NCBI GenBank assembly: GCA_963666315.2
Contig: CAXXHG010000043.1
Coordinates: 576,001-640,000, forward strand
DNA length: 64,000 bases
DNA from: Candidatus Binatia bacterium
Lineage (GTDB): Bacteria > Desulfobacterota > Binatia > Bin18
Direction: 5' to 3'
The notes under the pieces are model-generated. The model was not told where the DNA came from. It saw only the letters and a list, made by a program, of their open reading frames with translations, and searched no databases. The first letter of the stretch is position 1, and each line of letters starts with the position of its first letter. A program made the position numbers and the translations under genes. Below are positions 28,386 to 38,488 of this stretch, in pieces.

Positions 28386-28826
28386 ATGCGAAAAAATTTA
28401 CGCCCCAAAGACCTGGGTGATTTTCTAGATCAACCCAAGTGCGCGATCTTGGCCACGCATTTCAAGGATGGCACTATTTTGCTCTCTCCAGTTTGGTACG
28501 AATGGAAGGACGGTGGCTTTACGGTTGCTGTCGTAGCCGACGATGTAAAGGTCCGCCACATTCAGCGTGACGCGCAAGTCAGTATCAGCGTCGCCGAAGA
28601 CGTTGCTCCCTATCGTGGTATCGAAGTGCGTGGGACGGCCAAGATCGTCCGAAACTATGCACTGGAAACAACGCGGCGTATCGCCGTGCGCTATCTTGGT
28701 CCGAAACAGGGCGAGGTGTATTTTGCTGCGGTGGGTCAGGTTGATCTGGCTCTCATTCGGATTGAGCCGGCAAAACTCCGAGTGTGGGACTTTGCTGACG
28801 AAGCGGCGCTGACCGGAGAGGGATAG
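28386..28826 (+). CDS. Pyridoxamine 5'-phosphate oxidase-like (PPOX class, probably F420-dependent) protein
   Basis: AILAT..KDG...LSPVWY...KVRHIQRD.QVSI...PYRGIEVRG. Confidence 0.8.
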   Translation: MRKNLRPKDLGDFLDQPKCAILATHFKDGTILLSPVWYEWKDGGFTVAVVADDVKVRHIQRDAQVSISVAEDVAPYRGIEVRGTAKIVRNYALETTRRIAVRYLGPKQGEVYFAAVGQVDLALIRIEPAKLRVWDFADEAALTGEG

Positions 28827-28907
28827 TATCGAAACGTATCCAGCCTAGACCTTATCCCGAACTGACGTTAACTAAGATTAAGCAGCAGAAAGGAAACTCC
28901 CCTGCAC

Positions 28908-29954
28908 ATGTCTACAATGAAAGTTGCTCGCTTATATGACTCGACCGACATCCGTTTCGAAGACGACCCTATTCCGTCCGTTGGACCTGGAGAAGCGCTG
29001 GTAAAGACTCGCGCCTGCGGTATTTGCTCGGGCGATGTCATGGGCTGGTATATGAAGAAAAAAGCGCCCCTCGTGTTTGGGCATGAGCCGGCCGGTGAGG
29101 TGGTCGAAGTGGGTGAGGGGGTGGATGACTTTCAGCCTGGGGACCGGGTGTTTGTCCATCACCATGCGCCGTGTTTTTCTTGCCGCGCGTGTCAGCGCGG
29201 CGAGTTTGTCCAGTGCCCGACCTGGCGAGCAACGAAGATTGTGCCCGGTGGCATGGCCGAGTATTTTGTGGTGCCAAAAGACAATTTGGCCGGCGATACT
29301 TTACGCCTGCCTAAAGAGATGTCGTTTTCGGATGGCTCTTTGATTGAACCAACTGCATGTACGGTGAAGTCGCTGCGACGGTCGGGATTTCAGGCTGGGG
29401 AGAGTGTGTTCGTGATTGGACTGGGTATTATGGGCCAATTGCATGTGGCGCTAGCGAAACATGCCGGAGCCCGAACGATAATAGGGACGGACTTTGTTCC
29501 CTATCGGTGTGAGAAGGCTGTTGAACTTGGTGCCGATCTAGTCATTAATCCCGGAGATTTGCCGGAAAATAGGAATGTCGAAGCGGCGCTCAAAGAGTAC
29601 ACCAAGGGTGAAATGGCTGAAGTTGTGATTGTCGGACCGGGTTCGATTGAAGCCATGGAGCTGGGTATGCGGTGCGTGGCAAAAGGTGGAACGGTGGTCC
29701 TGTTTACGGCGAGTAAACCTGAGGACAGACTGACTCTCTCTCCGAATGACCTCTATTTTAATGAGATCCGTCTGATTCCTAGCTACTCGTGCGGCCCGAA
29801 CGATACACGTGAGGCCCTGCGACTCATACAAGCAGGCGTTATCACGGCGGAGAAATTCATTACCCATCGTTTTCCGTTTGACAAGCTGCACGACGCGTAC
29901 CGCAATGCAGCCCAGGCCCGCGATTCGCTCAAAACGATTATTGAGTTTTCCTAG
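28908..29954 (+). CDS. Zinc-dependent medium-chain alcohol/polyol dehydrogenase
   Basis: CGICSGD, GHEPAG, CFSCRACQRG..VQC, GLGIMG, ITHRF. Confidence 0.88.
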   Translation: MSTMKVARLYDSTDIRFEDDPIPSVGPGEALVKTRACGICSGDVMGWYMKKKAPLVFGHEPAGEVVEVGEGVDDFQPGDRVFVHHHAPCFSCRACQRGEFVQCPTWRATKIVPGGMAEYFVVPKDNLAGDTLRLPKEMSFSDGSLIEPTACTVKSLRRSGFQAGESVFVIGLGIMGQLHVALAKHAGARTIIGTDFVPYRCEKAVELGADLVINPGDLPENRNVEAALKEYTKGEMAEVVIVGPGSIEAMELGMRCVAKGGTVVLFTASKPEDRLTLSPNDLYFNEIRLIPSYSCGPNDTREALRLIQAGVITAEKFITHRFPFDKLHDAYRNAAQARDSLKTIIEFS

Positions 29955-29961
29955 GAAAACC

Positions 29962-30441
29962 ATGGCTACATCTAATAAAGCTCGCAAAACTCGCCTTTGC
30001 CGCTTTCAATGTGACTCGCAGACCTACGCCTGGTCAGACGTCGAACGCGAGGCGTATAAACAGGGTCAGGACGAAGGGCGGGAGTGGAAGAATATTGTTC
30101 GCCAGGTCCTTATCGGCAAACGGGCGGAAGAGACGCACTTTCATGTGCGCTATTTCGAAATTGCCCCAGGCGGCTACTCCAGCCTGGAAAAGCATGGCCA
30201 TGCGCACGTCGTGATTGCCGTGCGTGGCCAGGGTAGAGCCGTGCTCGGCGATCGAGCCCAGGACATGCAGTCGCTTGATACTGTCTACGTCGCGCCGTGG
30301 ACGCCGCACCAATTTCTTGCCGTGGGCGACGAGCCGTTCGGTTTCTTCTGTATTGTTGACGCGAACCGGGACCGCCCGCTGCCAGTCTCGCCAGATGAAT
30401 ATGATCAGGCGCTCGGCGCGGGGGCAGCTCCCGGAAAATGA
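29962..30441 (+). CDS. Cupin protein (methylsulfurylase-like cupin)
   Basis: RQVLIG...VRYFEIAPGGYSSLEKHGHAHVV...PHQF...FFCIVDANRDRP; ATG 29962. Confidence 0.78.
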   Translation: MATSNKARKTRLCRFQCDSQTYAWSDVEREAYKQGQDEGREWKNIVRQVLIGKRAEETHFHVRYFEIAPGGYSSLEKHGHAHVVIAVRGQGRAVLGDRAQDMQSLDTVYVAPWTPHQFLAVGDEPFGFFCIVDANRDRPLPVSPDEYDQALGAGAAPGK

Positions 30442-30560
30442 TCCATTACTTCCCGCTTCTTCAATTGCTGATGAGTCGAGACACGCCTCTTCCTGCCACG
30501 ACATCAAAATGAGTACGAGAGGCGAAGGTGTTCGACTGTATGGATTGAGTCAGGTTTTCA

Positions 30561-32192
30561 AATCCCATCCTCATTGTTGAGGATGATCAGAAGACCGCCG
30601 CACTCGTTGCGCTGTATCTGGAACGAGAAGGATTTTTGACTGTCCATGCCGCTGATGGCCAGCAGGCGTTGGATTTCACGGAAAAGCATGACCCGATGTT
30701 TGTCGTGCTTGATCTGATGTTGCCGAAAGTCGATGGCTGGGAGATCTGCCAGCGCATTAGACAACGCTCAGACGTACCTATCCTCATCCTAACGGCTAGA
30801 GAAGAAGAGATGGATCGGGTCCACGGCTTGTCGATAGGCGCGGATGACTATGTCGTCAAACCGTTTAGTCTCTGAGAACTGGTTGCGCGGGTAAAGGCCA
30901 TTATCCGTCGGACACATCCTGAAGCCATACGGCCGAAAGCCATACTTTCTTTGCATGGCCTGGTGTTAGATCAGGAAAAATACCGGGTCACTGTTCAGAA
31001 CGTAGCCGTATCACTGACACCGCTGGAGTTCAAACTGCTCCAGGCGTTGATGACCTCGCCCGGGCGCGTGTTATCGCGGGGTGAATTGTTGCAATTTCTC
31101 TACCTGGGTGGAGAAGCGGTGATTGATCGGGTCATTGACGTCCACATTGGAAAACTCAGACAAAAGATAGAGCCTGATCCATCCACCCCCTTCTTTATCT
31201 TGATAGCCATCGACTAGCTGGCCGCTGACTATTTCATGGTCTTAATGAAGAATTATGGTATCGATCCCACCGACTCGCACGGGATGTTTGTTGAGTCGAT
31301 TCACACCTATCTCATTTGGGCGAGTCTTGCCGCAGTGGGACTTGGCGTGGTCTTAAGCTATGTCCTGACACGCCGGGTGCTGACCTCACTTTTCCAGATG
31401 GCGGAGAGTGCCAAATAAATTGCCGCCGGGAATTATATTGTGACGGTGCCGGTCCTGACAAAAGATGAAATTGGTCAGCTTGCGGAAACGTTTAATACTA
31501 TGGCTACCCGCCTCCAGAGTATTGAGCAACGGCGCAAGACCTTGGTCATCAATGTGGCGCATGACTTGCGTACGCCGCTGACGAATATTCGGGGCTATCT
31601 GGAAGCGCTGAGTGACGGCGTGGCGCCGCCTTCCAAAGGGACCTTTGACTTGCTGCAGGAGGAGACCATGCGGCTGGTTCATCTGGTTGAAGAGGTGCTG
31701 CAACTCGCTCGGGCCGATGCTGCGCGGACCACTTTGCAAACCGAGTGGTGCAATGTCAATGGCTTGATTACGCCGATCCTCGATCTCTTTCAGTCGCGCT
31801 TTCGCGAAAAGGGAATTCAGGTGAAAATGGCCTTTGCTCCCGAGATTCATGAGGTCACGGCTCACCCGGATAAGCTGACCCAGGTGGTACACAACCTCCT
31901 ACACAACGCGTGGCAATATACCCGGCATGGGGGCAGACTGGAGATTCGAACGGAGTCCGATAGCGAACAGGTACGCTTTGTCTTCGCCAACACAGGCGAG
32001 GGCATAGCCCCGCAAGACCTGCCGCACATCTTTGAACGTTTCTATAGTGGAGAAAAATCACGCTCTCGAGAACACGCTGGGACCGGCATTGGCTTGGCTA
32101 TTGTCAAAGAAGTTATCGAAGCCCATGGCGGAACGGTTGGCGCGGACAGTTCGTCCCAAGAGACACGGGTTTGGTTTACCCTTCCCCTCTGA
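30561..32192 (+). pseudogene. Decayed OmpR-family response regulator and sensor kinase, fused by deletion, with three in-frame stops
   Basis: One frame: ILIVEDD...LDLMLP...KPFSL-TGA(30873)...IDVHI.KLRQKIE...IAID-TAG(31215)-LAADYF...-TAA(31416)...AHDLRTPL, NLLHNA, GTGIGL. Confidence 0.8.
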
Positions 32193-32203
32193 TCTGTTTC
32201 GAT

Positions 32204-32258
32204 CTTTACTGAATCTTTACATTTTCTTTATCTGCGCTTTACACACGCCTTCTATGCT
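32204..32258 (+). promoter_or_regulatory. Four 11-bp-period direct repeats (OmpR/PhoB-type operator) plus a -10 box upstream of the ECF sigma gene
   Basis: CTTTAC 32204, CTTTAC 32215, CTTTAT 32226, CTTTAC 32237, then TATGCT 32253. Confidence 0.65.
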
Positions 32259-32303
32259 TTCTCATGCCGGGCATGTCCAGCATGAGAGCAACAGGAGGAA
32301 GCC

Positions 32304-32924
32304 ATGCCACGTGTGCAAAAACGGTGCAGAGTGAAAACAGGACAGAACGAGGCCCTCCTCGCCGGCTGACGAGCCCGGGATAAATCCGCCTTTGAACAGC
32401 TTGTGCGTCGTTATTCTGATAGACTTCTAGCCGTCACGCGGCGCTATCTGCGCAATGAGGACGATGCGCAGGATGCGCTCCAAGATACGTTTCTGTCGGT
32501 TTTTCGCGTGATCGATCAGTTTGAGGGCAATGCCCAGCTCTCGACCTGGCTCTACCGTATTGCCAGCAATGCCGCTCTCATGAAACTGCGGACGCGTCGG
32601 CGTCGGCCAGAGGAGCCGATCGATACGCACGGTAGCGAAGCATTTACATACGGGACGTATCTGGACGATGAAGCTCGCTGGAAAGAACCCGTCGACGTGT
32701 TGACTCAGCGTCAGGAGACACGTTCCTTTGTGCACGATCGTATTACCCTTCTGCCTGAGCTGTATCGGACTGCGCTTGTTCTGCGCGATATCCATGAATT
32801 CAATACGCAAGAAGTAGCGGATCGTCTCGGGGTAAGTCCAAACGCCGCCAAACTCCGCGTTCACCGGGCCCGCCGAGCCCTGCGCGGCGTTGTCCAAACA
32901 CGGCTGGCTGAATGTCCTCTGTAG
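32304..32924 (+). pseudogene. ECF sigma-70 factor with an in-frame TGA at codon 22
   Basis: SD AGGAGG + ATG 32304; EALLAG-TGA(32367)-RARDKSAFEQLV; DAQDALQDTF, LSTWLYRIASN, EVADRLG...KLRVHRARRALR. Confidence 0.72.
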
Positions 32925-33427
32925 TCCCGTCTATTTAAGTCCCGTCTGTTTACGTGCAAGCTTGGCTCTGAAGCCTCGTGCTGGTAAGATCATTCAACCA
33001 GCAACCGAAGTGGGTCATAAAACAGCGTCCGGGCAGGGATCTTGACTTTGAGGGTCGAGAAACCGGTGTCAAGAAATTGACGTTGAAGCATAAAGATCTT
33101 TTCCTTCCTCTTTCCGAACTGCCGCCGACCTTGATCCATAACCGATTGTACGAATTAGGTATTTTGGTTGCTTCGGCTTACGACAGGCCTCGGCATAAGG
33201 ATTGCCCATTGCAGATTGCCGCTAGGATAAAAATGTCTCGTAAGGTGACGAATAGGACGAGAGCATATGGCTAGATCATGTTTGCTGACTCAAAAGTAGC
33301 TATGCTAGAAGAGAGGTGGGGTGGTTCATAAAGCTGATACTGGAGTATCAATGAGGTATTGTGGTATTGATCTGTTCATGTCTTATTCACGACGAACGAG
33401 TTCCACGTGAGAACGACGAGGGATGTT

Positions 33428-36325
33428 ATGGAAAATCCATTAGTTGCCGTCCGAAAATTTGGCCAAAGTATTTGGTACGATAATATCCGCCGCAGTCTTA
33501 TTACTTCTGGCGATCTGAAAGCCATGGTTGATCATGACGGATTGCTCGGCATGACGTCGAATCCGGCTATTTTTGAGAAAGCGCTGACCGGAAGCGATGA
33601 TTATGACCAGCCTATGCGAGCTCTGGTTGAACAGGGCGTGGGCTCAGCGTTGGACGTGTATGAACGGTTGGCAATCCAGGACATTCAGATGGCCGCTGAC
33701 GTGCTGTCCGACGTGTACCGGAAAACAGAGGGCAAAGACGGGTATGTGAGTCTTGAAGTCTCCCCCTATCTTGCCCATGACACTGACGGGACACTTGAAG
33801 AGGCGCGCCGCCTGCACAAAATGGTTGACCGAGCTAACGTCATGATTAAGGTGCCGGCAACCAAGGCCGGTGTGCCCGCCATCGCTCAGCTCATTGGCGA
33901 AGGGATCAATATCAATGTGACCCTCCTATTCGCAGTGGAAGCGTATGAAGCCGTTGCCGATGCGTATCTGACTGGGTTGGAGAAATTGGCGGCGAACGGT
34001 GGTGATCTGCGCAAGGTCTCCAGTGTGGCCAGTTTTTTTATCAGCCGGATTGACGCCCTCGTTGATGAAAAGCTGGGTCAGGCCGTTGAGGCCGCACATG
34101 ATCCTGAGCAAAAGGCAAAGATTGAGGGTTTGCTCGGCAAAGTGGCGATTGCCAACGCAAAAATTGCGTATGCAGTCTATAAGGACCTCACAGCCGGCGA
34201 GCGTTGGAAGGCGCTCGAAGCCCAGGGTGCCCGGCCACAACGTCTGTTATGGGCTAGCACGAGTACGAAAAACCCAAGCTACCCGAAGACGATGTATGTC
34301 GATGAGCTGATTGGCCCAGACACGGTCAATACAATGCCGGGTGAGACATTCGAGGCCTTCCGCGATGTGGGCCGGCCTGAGTCGAGACTCACGAATAATT
34401 GGCCGGAAAATCTAGCCGGCGCGCGTACGATTATCCAAACCCTGGCCGACGTCGATGTTTCTCTTGAGCAGGCCACCGAGCAGCTTCTGGGCGAAGCCGT
34501 ACGCAAATTCGTTGAACCGTTTGACGCATTGCTCAGTTCGATTGAACGGAAACGACAAACCATATTGGGCGCAGATCTGGCCCAGCAGACGTATAGTCTC
34601 AATAGCGCTTCCGATCTGGTTGCCGCCAGCCTGGAAGACTGGCGGGCGAGTGGCAAGGTCCGTCGATTGTGGCAGGGTGATACGGCCTTGTGGTCCAGTA
34701 CGGATGAGGATCAATGGCTAGGCTGGCTGCATATTGTTGATGAGCAACGCAGTAACGGACATCATCTCACCCAGATTGCGCAGCTTGCGAAAGAGATACA
34801 GCAAAGTGATTTTCAGCACGTACTGCTGCTCGGCATGGGCGGCTCCAGTCTGTGTCCCGAGGTCATGAAACGGACCTTCGGGGTTATCGACGGGTGTCCT
34901 GAACTCCTGGTCCTGGACTCGACCGTGCCGGCTCAGGTCGAGACGGTTACGCGAAAGATAGACCCGAGTAAGACGCTGTTTATCGTATCCTCAAAATCCG
35001 GCGGCACCACAGAGCCGAATGTCTTCAAACAATACTTTTTTGACAAAGTCCGCCAGGCCATAGGCGCGGACCAAGCCGGCTCTCGGTTTATCGCCATTAC
35101 CGATCCGGGCAGCGCACTCCAGCAGTTGGCAGAACGGGATCAGTTCCGGACGGTCTTTCCTGGCGTGCCGAGCATCGGTGGACGGTATTCGGCGCTGTCG
35201 AATTTCGGCATGATCCCAGCTGCGGTTATGGGCGTAGATGTGTCTCGTTTTCTGGACAGCACTGCCCTGATGGTACAGTCGTGTTCAGCCAGCGTTCCGC
35301 CCGAGGTCAACCCTGGTGTTACCTTGGGGGCTATTATGGGCACTCTGGCTAAGCAAGGCCACGACAAGGTGACCATTATCACGTCTCCAGGCATTCGTGG
35401 CCTGGCTGCGTGGCTGGAACAGCTCATTGCGGAATCGACAGGCAAAGAAGGCACGGGACTGATTCCTATTGACGACGAGAAGATAGGCTCGCCCGCTGTC
35501 TATGGTAACGACCGGTTGTTTGTCTACATCCGGCTCAATTTCGCTCCATCTTCATCGGCTGAGCAAGCTGAGCAAGCTGAACAGGACGCCGCAGTTGCGG
35601 CCCTCGAAAAATCTGGCCAGCCTATTGTCCGGATTAGCTTAGAGGAAATCATGGACCTCGGCCAAGAGTTCTTCCGCTGGGAGATGGCGACAGCTGTGGC
35701 CGGTTCCATTTTCGGCATTAATGCCTTTAACCAGCCAGATGTGGAAGCGAGTAAGAACGCAACGCGCAAGCTGACTGCAGCCTATGAAGAGACGGGCCAG
35801 CTGCCGGACGAAACGCCGTTTGTGGAAGACCGAGGGCTGCGTTTCTTCTCAGATCCGAAGAACGTTGCTGCCTTGCAAGCCGCCGCTTCGGGTCACGATG
35901 CCGTCGCCTGTCTTGCCGCGCATCTTGGACGCATTCAGGCTGGCGACTATTTTGGGATCAATGCCTATGTAGAGATGAACGAGCCGAATCAGCAAGAGTT
36001 GCAGGCCATCCGTCATCTTATACGAGACACAAAGCAAGTCGCTACTACTTTAGGTTATGGGCCACGCTTCTTGCATTCCACTGGCCAGCTCCATAAGGGT
36101 GGGCCGAACACCGGGGTTTTTCTGCAGATTACATCAGACGATGCTCAAGACCTGTCCATTCCCGGTCAACGCTACAGTTTTGGTACCCTGAAACGGTTCC
36201 AGGCTCAGGGAGACTTTGAGGTCCTGGCCGAACGTGGCCGACGCGCGCTGCGCGTGCATTTGGGAGCAGATGTACAGGCCGGTCTGCAAACCTTGCGAGA
36301 GGCCATCGCCAGTATCCTCGCGTGA
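33428..36325 (+). CDS. tal-pgi: Bifunctional transaldolase/phosphoglucose isomerase
   Basis: GMTSNPAIF, IKVPAT, NVTLLF, WASTSTK; LGMGGS, SSKSGGT, IGGRYS, EQLIAESTGK, NQPDVE, LHSTGQLHKGG. Confidence 0.93.
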   Translation: MENPLVAVRKFGQSIWYDNIRRSLITSGDLKAMVDHDGLLGMTSNPAIFEKALTGSDDYDQPMRALVEQGVGSALDVYERLAIQDIQMAADVLSDVYRKTEGKDGYVSLEVSPYLAHDTDGTLEEARRLHKMVDRANVMIKVPATKAGVPAIAQLIGEGININVTLLFAVEAYEAVADAYLTGLEKLAANGGDLRKVSSVASFFISRIDALVDEKLGQAVEAAHDPEQKAKIEGLLGKVAIANAKIAYAVYKDLTAGERWKALEAQGARPQRLLWASTSTKNPSYPKTMYVDELIGPDTVNTMPGETFEAFRDVGRPESRLTNNWPENLAGARTIIQTLADVDVSLEQATEQLLGEAVRKFVEPFDALLSSIERKRQTILGADLAQQTYSLNSASDLVAASLEDWRASGKVRRLWQGDTALWSSTDEDQWLGWLHIVDEQRSNGHHLTQIAQLAKEIQQSDFQHVLLLGMGGSSLCPEVMKRTFGVIDGCPELLVLDSTVPAQVETVTRKIDPSKTLFIVSSKSGGTTEPNVFKQYFFDKVRQAIGADQAGSRFIAITDPGSALQQLAERDQFRTVFPGVPSIGGRYSALSNFGMIPAAVMGVDVSRFLDSTALMVQSCSASVPPEVNPGVTLGAIMGTLAKQGHDKVTIITSPGIRGLAAWLEQLIAESTGKEGTGLIPIDDEKIGSPAVYGNDRLFVYIRLNFAPSSSAEQAEQAEQDAAVAALEKSGQPIVRISLEEIMDLGQEFFRWEMATAVAGSIFGINAFNQPDVEASKNATRKLTAAYEETGQLPDETPFVEDRGLRFFSDPKNVAALQAAASGHDAVACLAAHLGRIQAGDYFGINAYVEMNEPNQQELQAIRHLIRDTKQVATTLGYGPRFLHSTGQLHKGGPNTGVFLQITSDDAQDLSIPGQRYSFGTLKRFQAQGDFEVLAERGRRALRVHLGADVQAGLQTLREAIASILA

Positions 36326-36333
36326 GACGACAT

Positions 36334-36366
36334 CGTCGGTGCGCCGACTGTGTCGGCGCACCGACG
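36334..36366. other. Perfect 15-bp intergenic stem-loop without a U-tract
   Basis: cgtcggtgcgccgac-tgt-gtcggcgcaccgacg between tal-pgi and tkt. Confidence 0.75.
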
Positions 36367-36388
36367 TAAGGATCGGAAAGGATTCCGT

Positions 36389-38464
36389 ATGACCGAGCAA
36401 GAGCGTACTGAACTGACTAGTATCAACACGATACGAACACTGGCCATGGACGCCGTCCAAGCCGCAAATTCCGGCCATCCAGGAACAGCCATGGCCCTGG
36501 CTCCCGTTGTTTATTGCCTGTGGCAACGCTTTTTGCGTTTTGATCCAACTGATCCGATTTGGCCGAATCGGGACCGCTTTGTCTTATCTATTGGGCATGC
36601 CTCTATGCTGCTGTACTCCATGCTGCACCTGTGTGGAGTCAAAGCCGTCAATCCGAAGTACGAAACGCTGGGAGAGCCCTCGGTTCCACTCGATGATATT
36701 AAGCGGTTTCGCCAGCTCGACAGCCGATGTCCCGGACACCCGGAATACCGCTGGACTTCTGGTGTTGAGACCACGACCGGTCCGTTGGGCCAGGGCGTGG
36801 CCACCAGTGTTGGGATGGCCATAGCAAGCAAGTGGCAGGCGGCCTATTTCAATCGGCCGAACTTTGCCATGTTCGATTATAACGTCTACGCTATATGCGG
36901 TGATGGCTGCATGATGGAAGGCGTCACTGGAGAGGCCGCATCGCTGGCCGGACATCTCAAACTGTCCAACCTATGCTGGATCTACGATAATAATAAAATC
37001 ACCATCGAAGGGCATACGGACTGGACGTTTAGTGAGGACGTGGCCACCCGCTTTATTGGTTATGGCTGGAATGTGACCCGGGTCGGTGACGCCAATGACC
37101 TCGACATGCTGGAGCGTGCGTTCCATACGTTTGAAAATACTACTGACCGCCCAACCCTGATTATTGTTGATAGCCACATTGCCTATGGGTCACCCAATAA
37201 ACAGGACACGCATGCTGCCCACGGTGCCCCGCTGGGTGACGACGAGATCAAGCTGACCAAGCGTAACTACGGCTGGCCTGAAGACGAAAAATTTCTCGTC
37301 CCAGACGAAGTATACACCCACTTCCAAAATGGGGTGGGCAGCCGTGGCCAAAACTTACGCGAAGCGTGGATGGCCATATTCGAGGATTATAGGAAGACCT
37401 ACCCCCAGCTTGCGAGCTATCTGTATAAGATGCAACACCGTGAATTACCGGATGGTTGGGACCAGGATATCCCCTCCTTCCCGGCTGATTCCAAAGGCCT
37501 CGCCGGGCGAGCAGCCTCGGGTCAGGTGCTCAACGCTGTGGCAAAAAATATCCCGTGGTTGGTTGGGGGAGCAGCCGACCTGGCACCGTCAACCAACACA
37601 AGGCTGACCTTTGACGAGGCTGGGGATTTTACGGCTGAGCATCGGAGTGGGCGCAACTTCCACTTCGGCGTCCGCGAACACGCCATGGGGTCGATCCTGA
37701 ACGGGCTGTCCCTGTCAAAAATCCGTCCATATGGATCCGGCTTCATGATCTTTAGTGATTATGCGCGGCCGGCCATCCGACTCAGCGCGCTCATGGAGTT
37801 GCCGACGATCGCTGTTTTTACCCACGACTCCATTGGCGTTGGGGAAGACGGGCCAACGCATCAACCCATTGAGCAGCTTGCCTCACTTCGGGCCATCCCG
37901 GGCTTGATTACCCTGCGTCCGGCGGACGCAAACGAAGTTGCCGAAGCCTGGCGATTAATCATGCAGCTCAAGCATGAACCCGTTGCCCTCATCCTGTCCC
38001 GACAGGCGCTGCCGACGCTTGATCGTGAGAAATACAAGCCAGCCTCTGGCCTGACAAAAGGGGCGTATATTCTGGCCGATACCCCGGACAACAAACCCGA
38101 TATTCTCCTGCTTGCCACCGGCAGCGAGGTGGCGCTGTGTGTCCAGGCCTATGAACAGCTCACGGCAGAGGGTATAAAAGCGCGCGTTGTGAGTATGCCG
38201 TCATGGGAGCTGTTTGAGCAGCAGGACCAGGCCTATCGAGACGGTGTCATTCCGCCCGATGTCACTGCCCGCATTAGTGTTGAGCAAGCGGGTACCTTTG
38301 GCTGGCATCGTTATGTTGGACCGGCGGGCAGGACCATAGGCATGCAAACGTTCGGAGCGTCTGCTCCGCTGAAAGAACTCCAAAAGAGGTTTGGTTTTAC
38401 TGCGGAGAACCTGGTTGCCACGGCTAAAGATCTGGTAGCAAAGCAGGCTGGCGGATCTGCATAA
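36389..38464 (+). CDS. tkt: Transketolase
   Basis: ANSGHPG, RDRFVLS, TTGPLGQG, GDGCMMEG, FGVREHAM, THDSIGVGEDGPTHQP. Confidence 0.96.
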   Translation: MTEQERTELTSINTIRTLAMDAVQAANSGHPGTAMALAPVVYCLWQRFLRFDPTDPIWPNRDRFVLSIGHASMLLYSMLHLCGVKAVNPKYETLGEPSVPLDDIKRFRQLDSRCPGHPEYRWTSGVETTTGPLGQGVATSVGMAIASKWQAAYFNRPNFAMFDYNVYAICGDGCMMEGVTGEAASLAGHLKLSNLCWIYDNNKITIEGHTDWTFSEDVATRFIGYGWNVTRVGDANDLDMLERAFHTFENTTDRPTLIIVDSHIAYGSPNKQDTHAAHGAPLGDDEIKLTKRNYGWPEDEKFLVPDEVYTHFQNGVGSRGQNLREAWMAIFEDYRKTYPQLASYLYKMQHRELPDGWDQDIPSFPADSKGLAGRAASGQVLNAVAKNIPWLVGGAADLAPSTNTRLTFDEAGDFTAEHRSGRNFHFGVREHAMGSILNGLSLSKIRPYGSGFMIFSDYARPAIRLSALMELPTIAVFTHDSIGVGEDGPTHQPIEQLASLRAIPGLITLRPADANEVAEAWRLIMQLKHEPVALILSRQALPTLDREKYKPASGLTKGAYILADTPDNKPDILLLATGSEVALCVQAYEQLTAEGIKARVVSMPSWELFEQQDQAYRDGVIPPDVTARISVEQAGTFGWHRYVGPAGRTIGMQTFGASAPLKELQKRFGFTAENLVATAKDLVAKQAGGSA

Positions 38465-38488
38465 GCAGCGCTGTGCCTGGCGAGTAAC

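Noticed and set aside
21351-31217. Three in-frame TAG codons (21351, 22588, 31215) as pyrrolysine or TAG reassignment
   Set aside because: They replace different expected residues (Glu, probably Tyr), each by one substitution. Many intact genes end in TAG (7674, 8585, 17785, 19087), and in-frame TAA/TGA lesions also occur.
25522-32369. TGA codons at 25522, 30873 and 32367 as selenocysteine
   Set aside because: They are not at Cys positions (TM segment, Arg of KPFSxRE, Leu of the sigma N-terminal helix), and two of the three genes carry other lesions.
32978-33274. 98-aa ORF upstream of the PPP operon
   Set aside because: No recognisable motif or clear SD; likely intergenic or remnant sequence.
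33428-36325. Tal-Pgi fusion as a novelty
   Set aside because: A known bifunctional enzyme in a common PPP cluster.
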